Positions 41,492-52,485 of a DNA stretch of 64,000 nt are shown here, one piece after another. The stretch lies in contig OZ252149.1 in assembly GCA_965248755.1 (NCBI GenBank), positions 1,632,001 to 1,696,000 on the forward strand, read 5' to 3'. The stretch is from Candidatus Latescibacterota bacterium. GTDB lineage: Bacteria; Latescibacterota; CBDEFO01. Positions within the stretch are counted from its first letter, which is position 1. Every line of letters starts with the position of its first letter. The translations under genes were made by a program, and so were the position numbers. The notes under the pieces were generated by a model. It was not told the origin of the DNA and searched no databases. It was given only the letters and a program-made list of their open reading frames with translations.

Positions 41492-41703
41492 CTAACTCCA
41501 CGATGCCGAACGTGGAAGGGTTGTGAAAACGCAGTTTGCGCGTTGCTGACCAGCCGGTGAACTTGCTCAATCGAAAATCGTTTCCCCTTCTTTCCAGATC
41601 GAGTCTCCTTTCCCTGCTATCGTGTACAGGTTCATCTACACTGGTCGCAGGCTTAGAGGTAATTTCACAGTCGAGGCCACACCCCTGAGGGCCTTCAATG
41701 GGC
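41492..41703 (-). pseudogene. Decayed remnant homologous to the 3' end of the CBM9-like gene
   Basis: Reverse complement aligns by eye with about 39425-39640 (e.g. GTTCACCGG.TGGTCAGCAACGC and CCCTTCCA.GTTCGG..TCGTGGAGTT), with indels. Confidence 0.7.
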
Positions 41704-42014
41704 TCGGTTACCCAGCACCTACATTACCTATTTCTGGATTTGAGTGCCATTTCTTAGATAGTGTATGCAAAGTTCGATATATGCACAAAATATGATAATA
41801 CAGTTCGACACGCGGTGCAAGTATTTTCTCCCGAATTATCTGAATAGTTGTAAGATGGGAATTCTTGTCCTCCAATGATACTTTCTCCTTGATTCCCATC
41901 CTGACATTTCGTTATATTGGTAGAATTACGGTAACCCACTTCTTGACCGAAAATATACTATGAATCATATCTATCCAAAGGGTTCCTCGATACCCTTGTC
42001 ACGGACAATGTCAA

Positions 42015-44165
42015 ATGGATGAGGCAAATACTAAGACAAGAGATCCAGAACTTGCTGAAGACGAGTCAAGGCCTCCCTCCAGCTACACGTTGAAGGCCTT
42101 TCTTATCGGCGCATTCTTCTCCTTTTTCCTCTCCATCGGAGCCCCTTACGGAAACACGGTCATAAAGGGCTCTTATATGACTCTGGACTTCAGCACGCCC
42201 GGGGCACTGTTCTTGTTTTTCTTTCTGGCAGGTGTCCTCAACGTCGTATTGAAGCTCACAGGCAGAGCGCTTCTTCCATCCCTGTTATTCTTAGCTGTTG
42301 TGGCGATCCCCTGCGTGGCCAAAGTTACCGATCCGTCTTTCCAGTTTGAGCTGGACTCACCGGGAGTCATATTCTCCATCTTTATCCTCCTTTTAGCCTC
42401 TGTCAACGTCATCTTTGCATCTTTGGGGAAGAGCTTGAGCCTTAATCGGGGAGAGCTTTTAGTCGTCTATGTGATGATGATCGTAGCGTCCGCGATACCC
42501 ACTATGGGCGTCTCAGAGTACCTGCTGCCGATTATTACGGCCGTCTTTTACTATGCCTCGCCCGAGAACGAATGGAGTTACTTCATTCACCCCCATATAC
42601 CCGATTGGATAGCGCCGCAAGACCCCCACGTCATTGAGTACTTCTTCGAGGGTCTGCCCGAAGGAGTGGCGATCCCCTGGTCTGACTGGATTGTGCCCCT
42701 TATATACTGGATAGCTTTTCTTTTTGCCCTCTATATTGTTATGATATGCACGATGGTGATCGTGCGCGGGCAGTGGGTCGAAAGGGAAAGATTGATATTT
42801 CCCCTGGTTCAGGTGCCTCTGGAGATGGTCAGAAACGAGTCAGGCTCGCTCTTGAATCCGTTCTTCAAAAGTCCCGTTATGTGGGCAGGCTTTCTAATCC
42901 CGGCAATAATAAGCACTCTAAATGCTCTGCATAGATATTACAGCTTTATCCCTGAACTGAGCACATCAACTTCCATTTCCCTGTTCCGCCGCACTATATC
43001 TCTGCCCTTCAACTTGAGCTTTCCGATGATTGGCTTTTCCTATCTTATCAATCTGGACATAGCCTTTTCCCTCTGGTTTTTCAATATCCTGTCAAATATT
43101 CAAAAAGGGATATTCAGGGTCACAGGGGTTCACAGCACGGAAAATTTGGGTATATACGGCGCTGGCAGGGAGACACCTATTCTGGCGCATCAGGGCATGG
43201 GAGCGATTATAGTCCTGGTTATATCGGGGCTCTGGATCGGCAGGGAGCATCTTAAGAATGTCTTCTCAAAGGCGTTTGGGAGAGGAAAGGATGTGGACGA
43301 TTCGGGGGAGATGCTCTCCTACCGAAGTGCCGTCTTCGGGATGATAGGCGGACTGGCATTTATGACATTCTGGCTGAACGCCTCGGGTCTGCCGCTCTGG
43401 ATCGCAATTCTGTTCCTGTTCGGGGCCTTTCTGATATTCCTCGGATTGACCCGGATCGTCGTCGAAAGCGGAGTCGCCGAAGCGGTGGCTTCTACCATCT
43501 CGTCCTCATTTGTTGTGTCGGGAGTAGGATCTTCTGCCCTCGGCCCTGCCGGCATGACAGCCTTAGCCTTCACTTACGTCTGGTCGGCGGACATAAGGAC
43601 GTTCGTTATGGCCTCCTCTGCCCACGGTCTGAAGTTAGCTGAAGATATAGGGAAAAATAAGAAGCCGCTCTTTTGGGCGATGGTGCTCTCTATCGTCGTC
43701 AGTCTCTTCGGCTCTATCTGGATGATATTGGAGCTTTCGTACAGCGAAGGAGGGGTCAACTTGAACGGGTGGTTCTTCGGCGCGGGGGCCAAAGAGCCGT
43801 TCAGCTTTATTGCGAGCTATCTTAGCAATCCTACTACTCCCAATTGGGGAGGCTGGATTCACACAGGAGTCGGAGCCTTTATTATGGGCCTCCTTATGGT
43901 GGCTCGGCGTCGCTTTTTGGCGTTGCCCTTTCATCCTATCGGGTATCCCATAGGCGCAGTGTGGCTGATGGACCATATATGGTTCAGCATCTTTTTAGCA
44001 TGGCTTTTGAAGGCTCTGATTTTGAAGTACGGGGGACTTAGATGGTTCAGAGGCACCCGCCCCTTCTTCTTAGGTCTGATTTTGGGGCAGTTCGTAATAG
44101 CCGGTATTTGGCTCATTATAGACTATTTTACGGGAATGACCGGCAACCAGGTGTTCTGGATATAG
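42015..44165 (+). CDS. Polytopic membrane protein, DUF6785/DUF6784-like (putative transporter)
   Basis: QWVERERLIFPLVQVP, LPFHPIGY, LILKYGG, PFFLGLILGQF; many transmembrane segments. Confidence 0.7.
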   Translation: MDEANTKTRDPELAEDESRPPSSYTLKAFLIGAFFSFFLSIGAPYGNTVIKGSYMTLDFSTPGALFLFFFLAGVLNVVLKLTGRALLPSLLFLAVVAIPCVAKVTDPSFQFELDSPGVIFSIFILLLASVNVIFASLGKSLSLNRGELLVVYVMMIVASAIPTMGVSEYLLPIITAVFYYASPENEWSYFIHPHIPDWIAPQDPHVIEYFFEGLPEGVAIPWSDWIVPLIYWIAFLFALYIVMICTMVIVRGQWVERERLIFPLVQVPLEMVRNESGSLLNPFFKSPVMWAGFLIPAIISTLNALHRYYSFIPELSTSTSISLFRRTISLPFNLSFPMIGFSYLINLDIAFSLWFFNILSNIQKGIFRVTGVHSTENLGIYGAGRETPILAHQGMGAIIVLVISGLWIGREHLKNVFSKAFGRGKDVDDSGEMLSYRSAVFGMIGGLAFMTFWLNASGLPLWIAILFLFGAFLIFLGLTRIVVESGVAEAVASTISSSFVVSGVGSSALGPAGMTALAFTYVWSADIRTFVMASSAHGLKLAEDIGKNKKPLFWAMVLSIVVSLFGSIWMILELSYSEGGVNLNGWFFGAGAKEPFSFIASYLSNPTTPNWGGWIHTGVGAFIMGLLMVARRRFLALPFHPIGYPIGAVWLMDHIWFSIFLAWLLKALILKYGGLRWFRGTRPFFLGLILGQFVIAGIWLIIDYFTGMTGNQVFWI

Positions 44166-44356
44166 GCACCAGAAACACGAAAACAGTGATCAGAACGTAG
44201 AGCGTAGATCCACTCGCTCTTGGAGGTAGACACACGCGTCTGACCCTACAACAGTAGCATATATGGATGAACGTGCCCCTAAGAATGTAGGGGTGATCCC
44301 CGATAGATTCAATCGGGGACCCCTCGCCCCTAAGGCACCCCGCACCGTGCTGTCCA

Positions 44357-45232
44357 CTACCCTTTGAACCATACCTTGAGGGCAGTTCCTCCCATGATCA
44401 TATCCATCTCCTCCTCGGAGATAGAGGGAAGGTGATGGCCGATCAACTCCACAAGCCTTTGATAGCCCGGCTCCACGACGATCCACGGAAAGTCAGTGCA
44501 CCACATCATCCTCTCCGGACCGTATGCCCGATAGATCGTTTCGACCATCGGCTGCATATCCTCATAGGGACAGGGCACTTTTGAGAAGGCGTATTCTCCG
44601 GAGATTTTGATATAGAGGTTGGGATACTTCGCCAGCTCAGCGATCTTCGAATAGGTCGAAGGAGGGATCGGTTCGTCATCGCAGCGGGGTCGCCCCCAGC
44701 GGTCTGTAGTACCGGCCGTGGTCGGGCAGACGGCGAGATGATCCAGGGAGATGTTCACACGTGGGAAGGCTCGAGTTAGCATCTCTATACAGGGGACCTG
44801 CGGTCTTCCGCAGGAGATATTGATATTGATTCCCAGCTCGTCAGCGCACTGGAACAGAGCGTAGGCAGTCAAATCTTCGGAACTTTCGGAAGAGGGATCG
44901 CCCATATCTCCGATCCTGATGCCCTCGATCCCGGTAGCCTCAAATAGTTCCCTGAGCCTTGCCGGTGGATCGGCGTCAGCTACATCCACTAACCCTGTGG
45001 ATGTGAAGCGATCGGGCCATTGCTTAACGCAGTGGGTCACGTATCTGTGATATTCGATCTTAGTGCCTCCCATACCGATCAAAACCGCCCGATCTATCCC
45101 CGCAGCGTCCATCTCCCGCAGGAGCTGTTCGGCCGTCGCCTCTTTCTCCGCAGGCGCCAGACCGCCCACTGCTCGGGGGAATTTATCGCTCAACTTGTCG
45201 AACACGTGGACGTGTGCATCTACCTTTTCCAC
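44357..45232 (-). CDS. Amidohydrolase_2 family protein (copy 2)
   Basis: VDAHVHVF, ISLDHL, IKISG, ERMMWCTDFPW. Confidence 0.88.
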   Translation of the reverse strand: MEKVDAHVHVFDKLSDKFPRAVGGLAPAEKEATAEQLLREMDAAGIDRAVLIGMGGTKIEYHRYVTHCVKQWPDRFTSTGLVDVADADPPARLRELFEATGIEGIRIGDMGDPSSESSEDLTAYALFQCADELGININISCGRPQVPCIEMLTRAFPRVNISLDHLAVCPTTAGTTDRWGRPRCDDEPIPPSTYSKIAELAKYPNLYIKISGEYAFSKVPCPYEDMQPMVETIYRAYGPERMMWCTDFPWIVVEPGYQRLVELIGHHLPSISEEEMDMIMGGTALKVWFKG

Positions 45233-45319
45233 AGCAATAACCTCCTGTCGTCAAATTGTGATCGATGTTGGAATACCAAAAAACAACTGTCAGAACGTGC
45301 AGCCTATCGCCTCTATTAG

Positions 45320-45578
45320 AGCTGATCCTGGGCCAGAAGTTTCTTGTCATAAGATACGGTGGATTTGGTCGTATCGAGCACGAAATAGCCCTCCCGGCTG
45401 TCGCCTACCTCCGGAAAGGAATTGTCCCAATCGGAAACCCCGTTGCAGGACACCAATAGAGTGGCAGTCCCTGATGCTCGATCTGAAAATGAAAGTGCAG
45501 GTGACCGTTGAAGACAGCCATCACAGGGCGTTCGTGGAAAATACCTAACAACTCCTTCCGGGGTTCAGGATCCAAAGT
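45320..45578 (-). pseudogene. Duplicated 3' remnant of the metallophosphoesterase gene
   Basis: TLDPEPRKELLGIF...FNGHLHFHFQIEHQGLPLY matches 46663-46929; frame broken. Confidence 0.8.
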
Positions 45579-45706
45579 AATGTAGCGGCGAAGCGCAACG
45601 GGCGCTGTGCTGGGGCATGTGGCAAGAAGCCACGAAGTGGTTTGCGCAGTAGTCAGGGCAAAACCACCATGAGCCATCAAAGATTAGCCTTCCTCCGTGC
45701 TGTCCA

Positions 45707-46582
45707 CTATCTTTTGAACCATACCTTGAGGGCAGTTCCTCCCACGATCATGTCCATCTCCTCCTCGGAGATAGACGGAAGGTGATGCCCGATCAGCTCC
45801 ACAAGCCTTTGGTATCCCGGCTCCACGACGATCCACGGAAAGTCAGTGCACCACATCATCCTCTCCGGACCGTATGCCCGGTAGATCGTCTCGACCATCG
45901 GCTGCATATCCTCATAGGGACAGGGCACTTTTGAGAAGGCGTATTCTCCGGAGATTTTGATATAGAGGTTGGGGTACTTCGCCATCTCAGCGATCTTCGG
46001 ATAGGTCGAAGGAGGGAGAGGTTCGTCATCGAAGCGGGGTCGCCCCCAATGGTCCGGAATATTGGACGTGGTAGGGCAGACGCCGAGATGATCCAGGGAG
46101 ATATTCACACCTGGGAAGGCTCGAGCCAGCATCTCTATACAGGGGACCTGTCCGCTTCCTGCGTAGATATTAATATTGATGCCCAACTCGTCAGCGCACT
46201 CGAACAGAGCGTAGCTATTCAAATCTTCAGGACTTTCAACAGAGGGGTCGCCCAGAGCACCGATCCTGATGCCCTCGATCCCGGTGGCCTCAAATAGTTC
46301 CCTGAGCCTTGCCGGCGGATCGGGATCATCTACGTCCACTAAACCTGTGGCTGTGAAACGATCGGGCCACTGCTTAACGCAGTGCGTCACGTATCGGTGA
46401 TGTTCCATCTTGGTCCCTCCCATATCGATCAACACCGCACGATCTATCTCCCCGGAGTCCATCTCCCGTAGGAGCTGTTCAGCCGTCGCCTCTTTCTCCG
46501 CAGGGGCCAGTCTGCCCACTTCTCGGGGGAATTTGTCGCTCAGCTTGTCGAACACGTGGACGTGTACATCTACCTTTTCCAT
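45707..46582 (-). CDS. Amidohydrolase_2 family protein (copy 1)
   Basis: Same motifs and the same 291-aa length as copy 2. Confidence 0.88.
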   Translation of the reverse strand: MEKVDVHVHVFDKLSDKFPREVGRLAPAEKEATAEQLLREMDSGEIDRAVLIDMGGTKMEHHRYVTHCVKQWPDRFTATGLVDVDDPDPPARLRELFEATGIEGIRIGALGDPSVESPEDLNSYALFECADELGININIYAGSGQVPCIEMLARAFPGVNISLDHLGVCPTTSNIPDHWGRPRFDDEPLPPSTYPKIAEMAKYPNLYIKISGEYAFSKVPCPYEDMQPMVETIYRAYGPERMMWCTDFPWIVVEPGYQRLVELIGHHLPSISEEEMDMIVGGTALKVWFKR

Positions 46583-46662
46583 AGCAGTAACCTCCTGTCG
46601 TAGTATTGTGGCTCATGTCCGAATATCTAAAAAACTTTTGTCAGAACGTTCAGCCTTTACCA

Positions 46663-47436
46663 CTATTTGAGCCGATCCTGGGGCAGAAGTTTCTTGTCAT
46701 TAGATACGCTGGATTTGGTCGCATCGATCACGAAATATCCCTCCCGACTGTCGCCTACCTCCGGAAAGGAATTGTCCACAAGCGGAAACCCCGTTGCAGG
46801 ACACGAATAGAGCGGCAGTCCCTGATGCTCGATCTGAAAATGAAAGTGCAGGTGACCGTTGAAGACAGCCTGTACCGGTCCTTCGCGGAATATACCTAAC
46901 AACTCCTTGCGGGGTTCAGGGTCCAAAGTCCAGTAGCACGATTCTTCCTCCACGTCCCTTATGTAACACATCGAGTGCATAAAGACAATGGAGCCGCCAA
47001 CTGGAGAAGAAGCTATCTCATCTCTGAGCCAGGCTAACTGCTCCCGCTCCTCAAGGGAACTGCTGCCGGCAAGTTCGCTATTGATGGCGATGACCTTAAT
47101 ATCACCGTCGTCCTGGCTCCAGCGGTCAGGCCCGATGAACTTTCGAAATCTCTCAATCGCATCCATCTTTAAGCTCCCCGCAGTCTGGCTGTGGGGATGG
47201 CATCCGACGTCGTGATTCCCCGGAATCGCCCTCCACGGTATGGTCAAATCGTCCAGGCGCGCCTTGGCGTAACCGTAGTCTGCAGGACTATTATCTCCGT
47301 TGCTGCAGATATCGCCGCTGAAGATCACCAGATCTGGAGAATCGTCTTCGATCAGTTCAAGGGCTACCTGCATATGCTGCCAGGTGGCTGGCCTGAATGG
47401 ACCAAGGTGAATATCGGATATCTGAACTATGCGCAT
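46663..47436 (-). CDS. Calcineurin-like metallophosphoesterase (CpdA/Icc-like)
   Basis: ISDIH, SGDI, PGNHD, FNGHLH. Confidence 0.9.
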   Translation of the reverse strand: MRIVQISDIHLGPFRPATWQHMQVALELIEDDSPDLVIFSGDICSNGDNSPADYGYAKARLDDLTIPWRAIPGNHDVGCHPHSQTAGSLKMDAIERFRKFIGPDRWSQDDGDIKVIAINSELAGSSSLEEREQLAWLRDEIASSPVGGSIVFMHSMCYIRDVEEESCYWTLDPEPRKELLGIFREGPVQAVFNGHLHFHFQIEHQGLPLYSCPATGFPLVDNSFPEVGDSREGYFVIDATKSSVSNDKKLLPQDRLK

Positions 47437-47861
47437 TTTTCTCCTCTATTTATGGGTGAAATTGGAATACTTATGCAATGTAGCTTCTCCTCCGACTGCA
47501 TGAATAGATCTCACCGAGCCAGACTACCGTCTCAGCGGTAATATCCCCGTTCGGCATTCCTTGGAACATCCAGCACCCGTCCTCCGATCGGGCGGCGATG
47601 AGATTGTCCCCGACTCGGATGGCTATGTCTTTCAAGATGTATGAACCTGATTTCCCTTCCCGGTGCAAACGAACACTCCTTATGTTGAATAGCACACAAC
47701 TTAAGACAATATGAAGGTAGCAAATTCTTGCATAGGTGTCAACTGAAAAAAGAAAAGCAGGGCATTTCAGCTTGACGATTTTAACGATTAGGCGTATATT
47801 TTGTCCTTATCTATTAAACATTTCCCAGAGTAGTGCTAATCGTGTACATGACAGGATAAAG

Positions 47862-50800
47862 ATGAACATAGCTTTTCTGAACTCCATCAAGCAGGACATA
47901 TGGCGCGGCGGCGAAAAGTGGATGGTGGATGCCGCATCGGGACTCCAGAAAAGAGGCCACAAGGTAGTAGTATGCGGCAAACCAGGGGCTCTATGGCTCG
48001 AATATGCTTCAGATAGAGGAATCAGGACTAAGCATTTTAGAATAAGAGGGGATTTTGCCCCCGTGATCGTATATAAGATGGCGCAGTTCTTCAGAAGCGA
48101 GGGCATAGATGTCCTATGTTGCAATTTTGAGAAAGATGTGAGGATTGGGGGCACAGCCGCAAGGCTTGTATCTGTGCCTGTCGTGATGGCCAGGAAGGGA
48201 CTTCCGCTTATCTACGATAAATTAAGGTACAGGTTTACCCATAAGGTTCTGGTAGATGGCATAATAACCCCGGCAGAGCATATAAAAGATCGTTTTATAG
48301 AATTTTCATGGCTTGATCAAAATAGAATACATGTGATCAGAAACGGTGTCGAGTTGCCAGATGTCTCTATGCCGAGAGAGGAGATCAGACGCAAACTGGG
48401 AATAGGTCAGGATAACAAAGTCGTGAGCGCTGTGGGGAATCTATTTTTTCAGAAGGGCTTGGAATTCTTTGCAGAAGCGGCAAAGCTTACCCTGCAGAAG
48501 CATAGAAAGGCTCACTTTATGATAGTAGGAGATGGACCAGACAGACAGGTTCTGGAAGATCGCGTGCATAGTTGGGGGTTGAACGAGAATTTCACTTTTA
48601 CAGGATTTAGAACGGACGTCCCAGATCTTTTAAGGGCTTCGGACGTGTTCGTCTTAACTTCCCTGGATGAGGGTCTACCAAATGTAATCCTGGAGGCGAT
48701 GGCGGCGGGGATTCCGGTGGTGGCAACCCACGTGGGAGGCGTCAATGAGTTAGTGGTGGACAAAGTCACGGGCTTTCTTGTCCAACCAAAAGATGTACGT
48801 GCGATTGCAGATGGTATAGATCGTCTCTTAAACGATGAAGACCTGGCGTCCAAGATGGGGAGGGAGGGGACACAGAGGGTAAGGCAAGAGTTTACATTGG
48901 AGAAGAATGTGGACGAATTGGAGAGGCTCTTTGAAAGGGAACTGGAGAGGAACTCTCGTGTTCGCTGGGGCCCCGTTACCCCAACCATGCATTTACAAGA
49001 GGAGGCAAAATCTCCTGTCAGATATGGGCGAAAGGCAAGTAAACTAAATGTAATGTTTGTCAATTCTGCCGTCGAATGGGGAGGAAATGAAAAGTGGACA
49101 ATCGAAGCTGCAAGCGGAATTAGAGAGTCGGGTCATAACGTCTACTTGGCCTGCCGATGGGACCTGATAGCGGAAAAGGCCTCAAAAAGTGATATAAAAA
49201 TTGTAAAGTTTCCGTTCTTTAATGACGCCGATCTTTATACCTCCTTTAAAATAGGTCTATCTCTAAGAAAGCTCAAAATAGACATTCTGGTCCCTACACT
49301 ACAGAGGGATTACGTTTTAGCTGGCTTAGCAGCAATGCTACATCGCCCAGCGAAGGTGCTGGGTCGAATGGGGATTATGCGGCGTCCTCTGAGCCTGAAG
49401 ATGCAGATATGCTTCCGCTGGCTCTTTGATAAACTGATAGTGAACACTCATGCGATCAGAGATTACCTTTCGGACATTAATTGGTTCGATGTAGATAAGG
49501 TCGTGGTGATCTATAACGGTCTTAGAGCTGTTCCAGATGGCGCAAAGAGCCACGGCCTCAATATAAGGGAAAAATACGAAATCAGCCAGCATGAGATTCT
49601 GATAACAGGCCTCGGGCGCCTGGCCCATCAAAAGAGGTTCGATCTGTTAATAAAGGCCTTTTCCTATGTGGCGTTGGAGCATCCCCAAGCGCGGCTTATG
49701 ATCGTCGGAAGTGGAGAAAGGCTCGATAGTCTGAAGGATATGGCAAGAGAGTTCTCCATCTTTGAGAAGGTGATCTTCACAGGATTCGTAGACGATGTCA
49801 ATTCCGTTTTAGAAGCTACGGATATATTTGCTTTAAGTTCAGAGTTTGAAGGGATGCCAAACGCCCTCTTAGAGGCGATGTCCAGGGCAATTCCCCTGGT
49901 GGCGTTTAAGATTCCGGGTATTGCTGAAGTTATAAAGGACAGAGAAAACGGACTGCTTGTGGATTTTGGGGATGTCCGTGGAATGTCAGAGGCTATCAGC
50001 GTCCTGATTCAAGATCGTGCAAAGGAGAAAGCTCTGGGAAAGGCCGCCTTAGAGACGATAAGAGACAGGTTCAGTTACGAAAGGATGATAGAGGAATTAG
50101 AATCTGCGTTCTACAGGGAGACTCCAAAGAAAGAAGAGCGCAAGGGCGTGATAAAGCCGCCCCAAAGGATCGTCCTCTTTACAGAGCACTTTCCCCCCAA
50201 AGACGGTGGGATATCCCGGTGGTGCTACGAGGTGGCAAGACATCTTGTGCCAAGACATCTTGCAGCGAACGTTCCACTTTCTCTGCACGGGAGGCGCGAG
50301 GCGATTGTATTTGCTACTAAGAAGTGCTTCAGTGGCAATGCTCCATGGAAAGGGGACTTCAAGATAGAGCAGATGGAAGGGCGGGGATGGGTCTCACTGA
50401 AGCACTACTATATGGTCTATTACACTATTAAGACCCTCTTGAAGTACAGACGCCCCGTAATCTTGAGCGCCTGTTGGGATATGGCCTTTTTCTCGACTCT
50501 GATCTCCAGGTGGTGTAACCTGAAGGTCGTGGTGGCATGTCACGGTATGGAGATAAAGAGGAGATATGGCCCACTCAAGAGATTGTTGATGCGCTACGTC
50601 TTGGAGAACTGCCACAGGCTGATAGCTGTGAGTCGTCACACAAAAGAATCGCTAAAGAGAATTGGAATTGCCGTGGATAAGATCGTGCTGATACCAAATG
50701 GTGTAGATACAGAGAGGTTCCGTCATCTGGATAGGCAGTATGAATTGAAGACCCGGTACGGCTTCAAGGGCAAAAAGGTCATTTTGACACTGGCTCGGAT

Positions 50801-51320
50801 TGTGGAGAGAAAGGGCCAGGATATGGTTATTACTGCGATGCCTTTCATCCTGAAGAGGTACAAAGATGCGCACTATGTGATCGCGGGAAAGGGTGAATAC
50901 AGACCTCAGCTTGAGGATTTGGTGCACCGACTCGAACTAGGGGAACACGTCACCTTTTTAGGTTACGTACCCGATCAGGATATGTGTGAGATCTATAATA
51001 TGGCGGATGTCTACATTATGGCGAGCCGGGAGAGAGAAGACGGCGACGTCGAGGGATTCGGCATCACATTTCTGGAGGCTTCCGCGTGTGGGGTGCCCGT
51101 GATAGGCGGAAGGTCAGGAGGCGTGGAGGATGCGGTCGAGGACGGTTATTCGGGAGTTCTAATTGATCCGGAAAGTCCAGAGCAGATCGCTGAGACCGTG
51201 ATAAGACTCCTGGACGATGAGAAATTGAGAGTTGAGTTGGGGGAGCAAGGAAGAAAAAGGGCACTAGAAAAGTTCAATTGGAATGCTAACTCAAGAAGGA
51301 TAGAAAATCTCTTTGCCTGA
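47862..51320 (+). CDS. Triple GT4 (GT-B) glycosyltransferase fusion
   Basis: Three E-x7-E motifs: EGLPNVILE, EGMPNALLE, EGFGITFLE; start at MNIAFLNS. Confidence 0.9.
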   Translation: MNIAFLNSIKQDIWRGGEKWMVDAASGLQKRGHKVVVCGKPGALWLEYASDRGIRTKHFRIRGDFAPVIVYKMAQFFRSEGIDVLCCNFEKDVRIGGTAARLVSVPVVMARKGLPLIYDKLRYRFTHKVLVDGIITPAEHIKDRFIEFSWLDQNRIHVIRNGVELPDVSMPREEIRRKLGIGQDNKVVSAVGNLFFQKGLEFFAEAAKLTLQKHRKAHFMIVGDGPDRQVLEDRVHSWGLNENFTFTGFRTDVPDLLRASDVFVLTSLDEGLPNVILEAMAAGIPVVATHVGGVNELVVDKVTGFLVQPKDVRAIADGIDRLLNDEDLASKMGREGTQRVRQEFTLEKNVDELERLFERELERNSRVRWGPVTPTMHLQEEAKSPVRYGRKASKLNVMFVNSAVEWGGNEKWTIEAASGIRESGHNVYLACRWDLIAEKASKSDIKIVKFPFFNDADLYTSFKIGLSLRKLKIDILVPTLQRDYVLAGLAAMLHRPAKVLGRMGIMRRPLSLKMQICFRWLFDKLIVNTHAIRDYLSDINWFDVDKVVVIYNGLRAVPDGAKSHGLNIREKYEISQHEILITGLGRLAHQKRFDLLIKAFSYVALEHPQARLMIVGSGERLDSLKDMAREFSIFEKVIFTGFVDDVNSVLEATDIFALSSEFEGMPNALLEAMSRAIPLVAFKIPGIAEVIKDRENGLLVDFGDVRGMSEAISVLIQDRAKEKALGKAALETIRDRFSYERMIEELESAFYRETPKKEERKGVIKPPQRIVLFTEHFPPKDGGISRWCYEVARHLVPRHLAANVPLSLHGRREAIVFATKKCFSGNAPWKGDFKIEQMEGRGWVSLKHYYMVYYTIKTLLKYRRPVILSACWDMAFFSTLISRWCNLKVVVACHGMEIKRRYGPLKRLLMRYVLENCHRLIAVSRHTKESLKRIGIAVDKIVLIPNGVDTERFRHLDRQYELKTRYGFKGKKVILTLARIVERKGQDMVITAMPFILKRYKDAHYVIAGKGEYRPQLEDLVHRLELGEHVTFLGYVPDQDMCEIYNMADVYIMASREREDGDVEGFGITFLEASACGVPVIGGRSGGVEDAVEDGYSGVLIDPESPEQIAETVIRLLDDEKLRVELGEQGRKRALEKFNWNANSRRIENLFA

Positions 51321-51339
51321 TCTTGTACATGGGGGCATA

Positions 51340-52485
51340 ATGAGTTTCATCTCCGCTGTGAAGAAATACTGTAAGGCTCTAATAGTCAATATAGCCGGTA
51401 GATTTGTGAACGGAAACCCCCGCAAACTGTCGTGTGATCTGAGTCAAGCCCGGATACTCTTCATGCGGTTCGGAGGGCTCGGAGATGCGGTCACATGTCT
51501 CCCAGTCATGGAAAATCTTAGGAGGCGTTATCCCCAGTCCAAAGCGAGCGTCTGGTGCAGCTCCTCCAATTGTGAGATTTTCGATAGATGCGAGTGGGTT
51601 GACGAATGCATCGTAGGTCAAAACACCCTTTGGGGGCAGTTGCGCCTGTACAGGACGATAAGAACAAGGGATTTTGACGTTGTGATAGACCTAACTATAG
51701 ATAGATCCGCCAAAAATGCCCTTTTGGGGACGCTTCTGAACAGGAGAGCATACAGAATAGGGATGAACAAATGCGGCGCCGAACCCTTTTATGACAAAAA
51801 CATCCACGTCAAAAGCGATGCACACATGGTGCAACGGACAGCCTCTGTGTTGAAGGCTCTGGACGCTTATCCTGAAAAGTTGGAGTGGAACCTGAAAGTT
51901 AACGATGAAGACATAGACTATGCAAGAGCGTTTATTTCCTTCAATTTCAGAAAAGAAGATCAAAATTTCACACAGACACCTGTGATAGGAATTAACATCT
52001 CGGCAGGACGTCCGACAAGATATTGGTGCATTGCCAGATATATGGAATTGGTGAAACTCTTGACCGAAAGATTTCCGGAGGCAGCCTTTTTGGTTTTCTG
52101 TGCAAGAAGAGACTCCGACGATGCCCAAAAACTGATCGAAACCTCGCCATGCCGTCAGGGCATGTCTAAGAGCTTTCTTGGGGAGCACAGGTGGGCTGTA
52201 GTTGAAAGAAACATCTCACTAACAAAGGTATGCGGCCTACTGTCGCAGTTGACCTTTCTGATCACCCCGGATACCGGGCTGGTTCATCTGGCTTCAGTAC
52301 TGAAAGTTCCCGTGGTAGGACTCTATCAGAACAGAGAGCTTAATCTTAAACGTTGGGCGCCCTGGGGCGTAGATTATGAAGCGATTATGCCGAACAGTAA
52401 AGACGATACACTACAAGACATCGAGCCTCAAGCTGTGGCCGATGTGGCCTTCAAACTCTCTGAAAGGATAAAGATAAGAAGATGA
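51340..52485 (+). CDS. GT9 family (heptosyltransferase-like) glycosyltransferase
   Basis: RFGGLGDAV, ITPDTGLVHLA, RWAPW. Confidence 0.88.
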   Translation: MSFISAVKKYCKALIVNIAGRFVNGNPRKLSCDLSQARILFMRFGGLGDAVTCLPVMENLRRRYPQSKASVWCSSSNCEIFDRCEWVDECIVGQNTLWGQLRLYRTIRTRDFDVVIDLTIDRSAKNALLGTLLNRRAYRIGMNKCGAEPFYDKNIHVKSDAHMVQRTASVLKALDAYPEKLEWNLKVNDEDIDYARAFISFNFRKEDQNFTQTPVIGINISAGRPTRYWCIARYMELVKLLTERFPEAAFLVFCARRDSDDAQKLIETSPCRQGMSKSFLGEHRWAVVERNISLTKVCGLLSQLTFLITPDTGLVHLASVLKVPVVGLYQNRELNLKRWAPWGVDYEAIMPNSKDDTLQDIEPQAVADVAFKLSERIKIRR

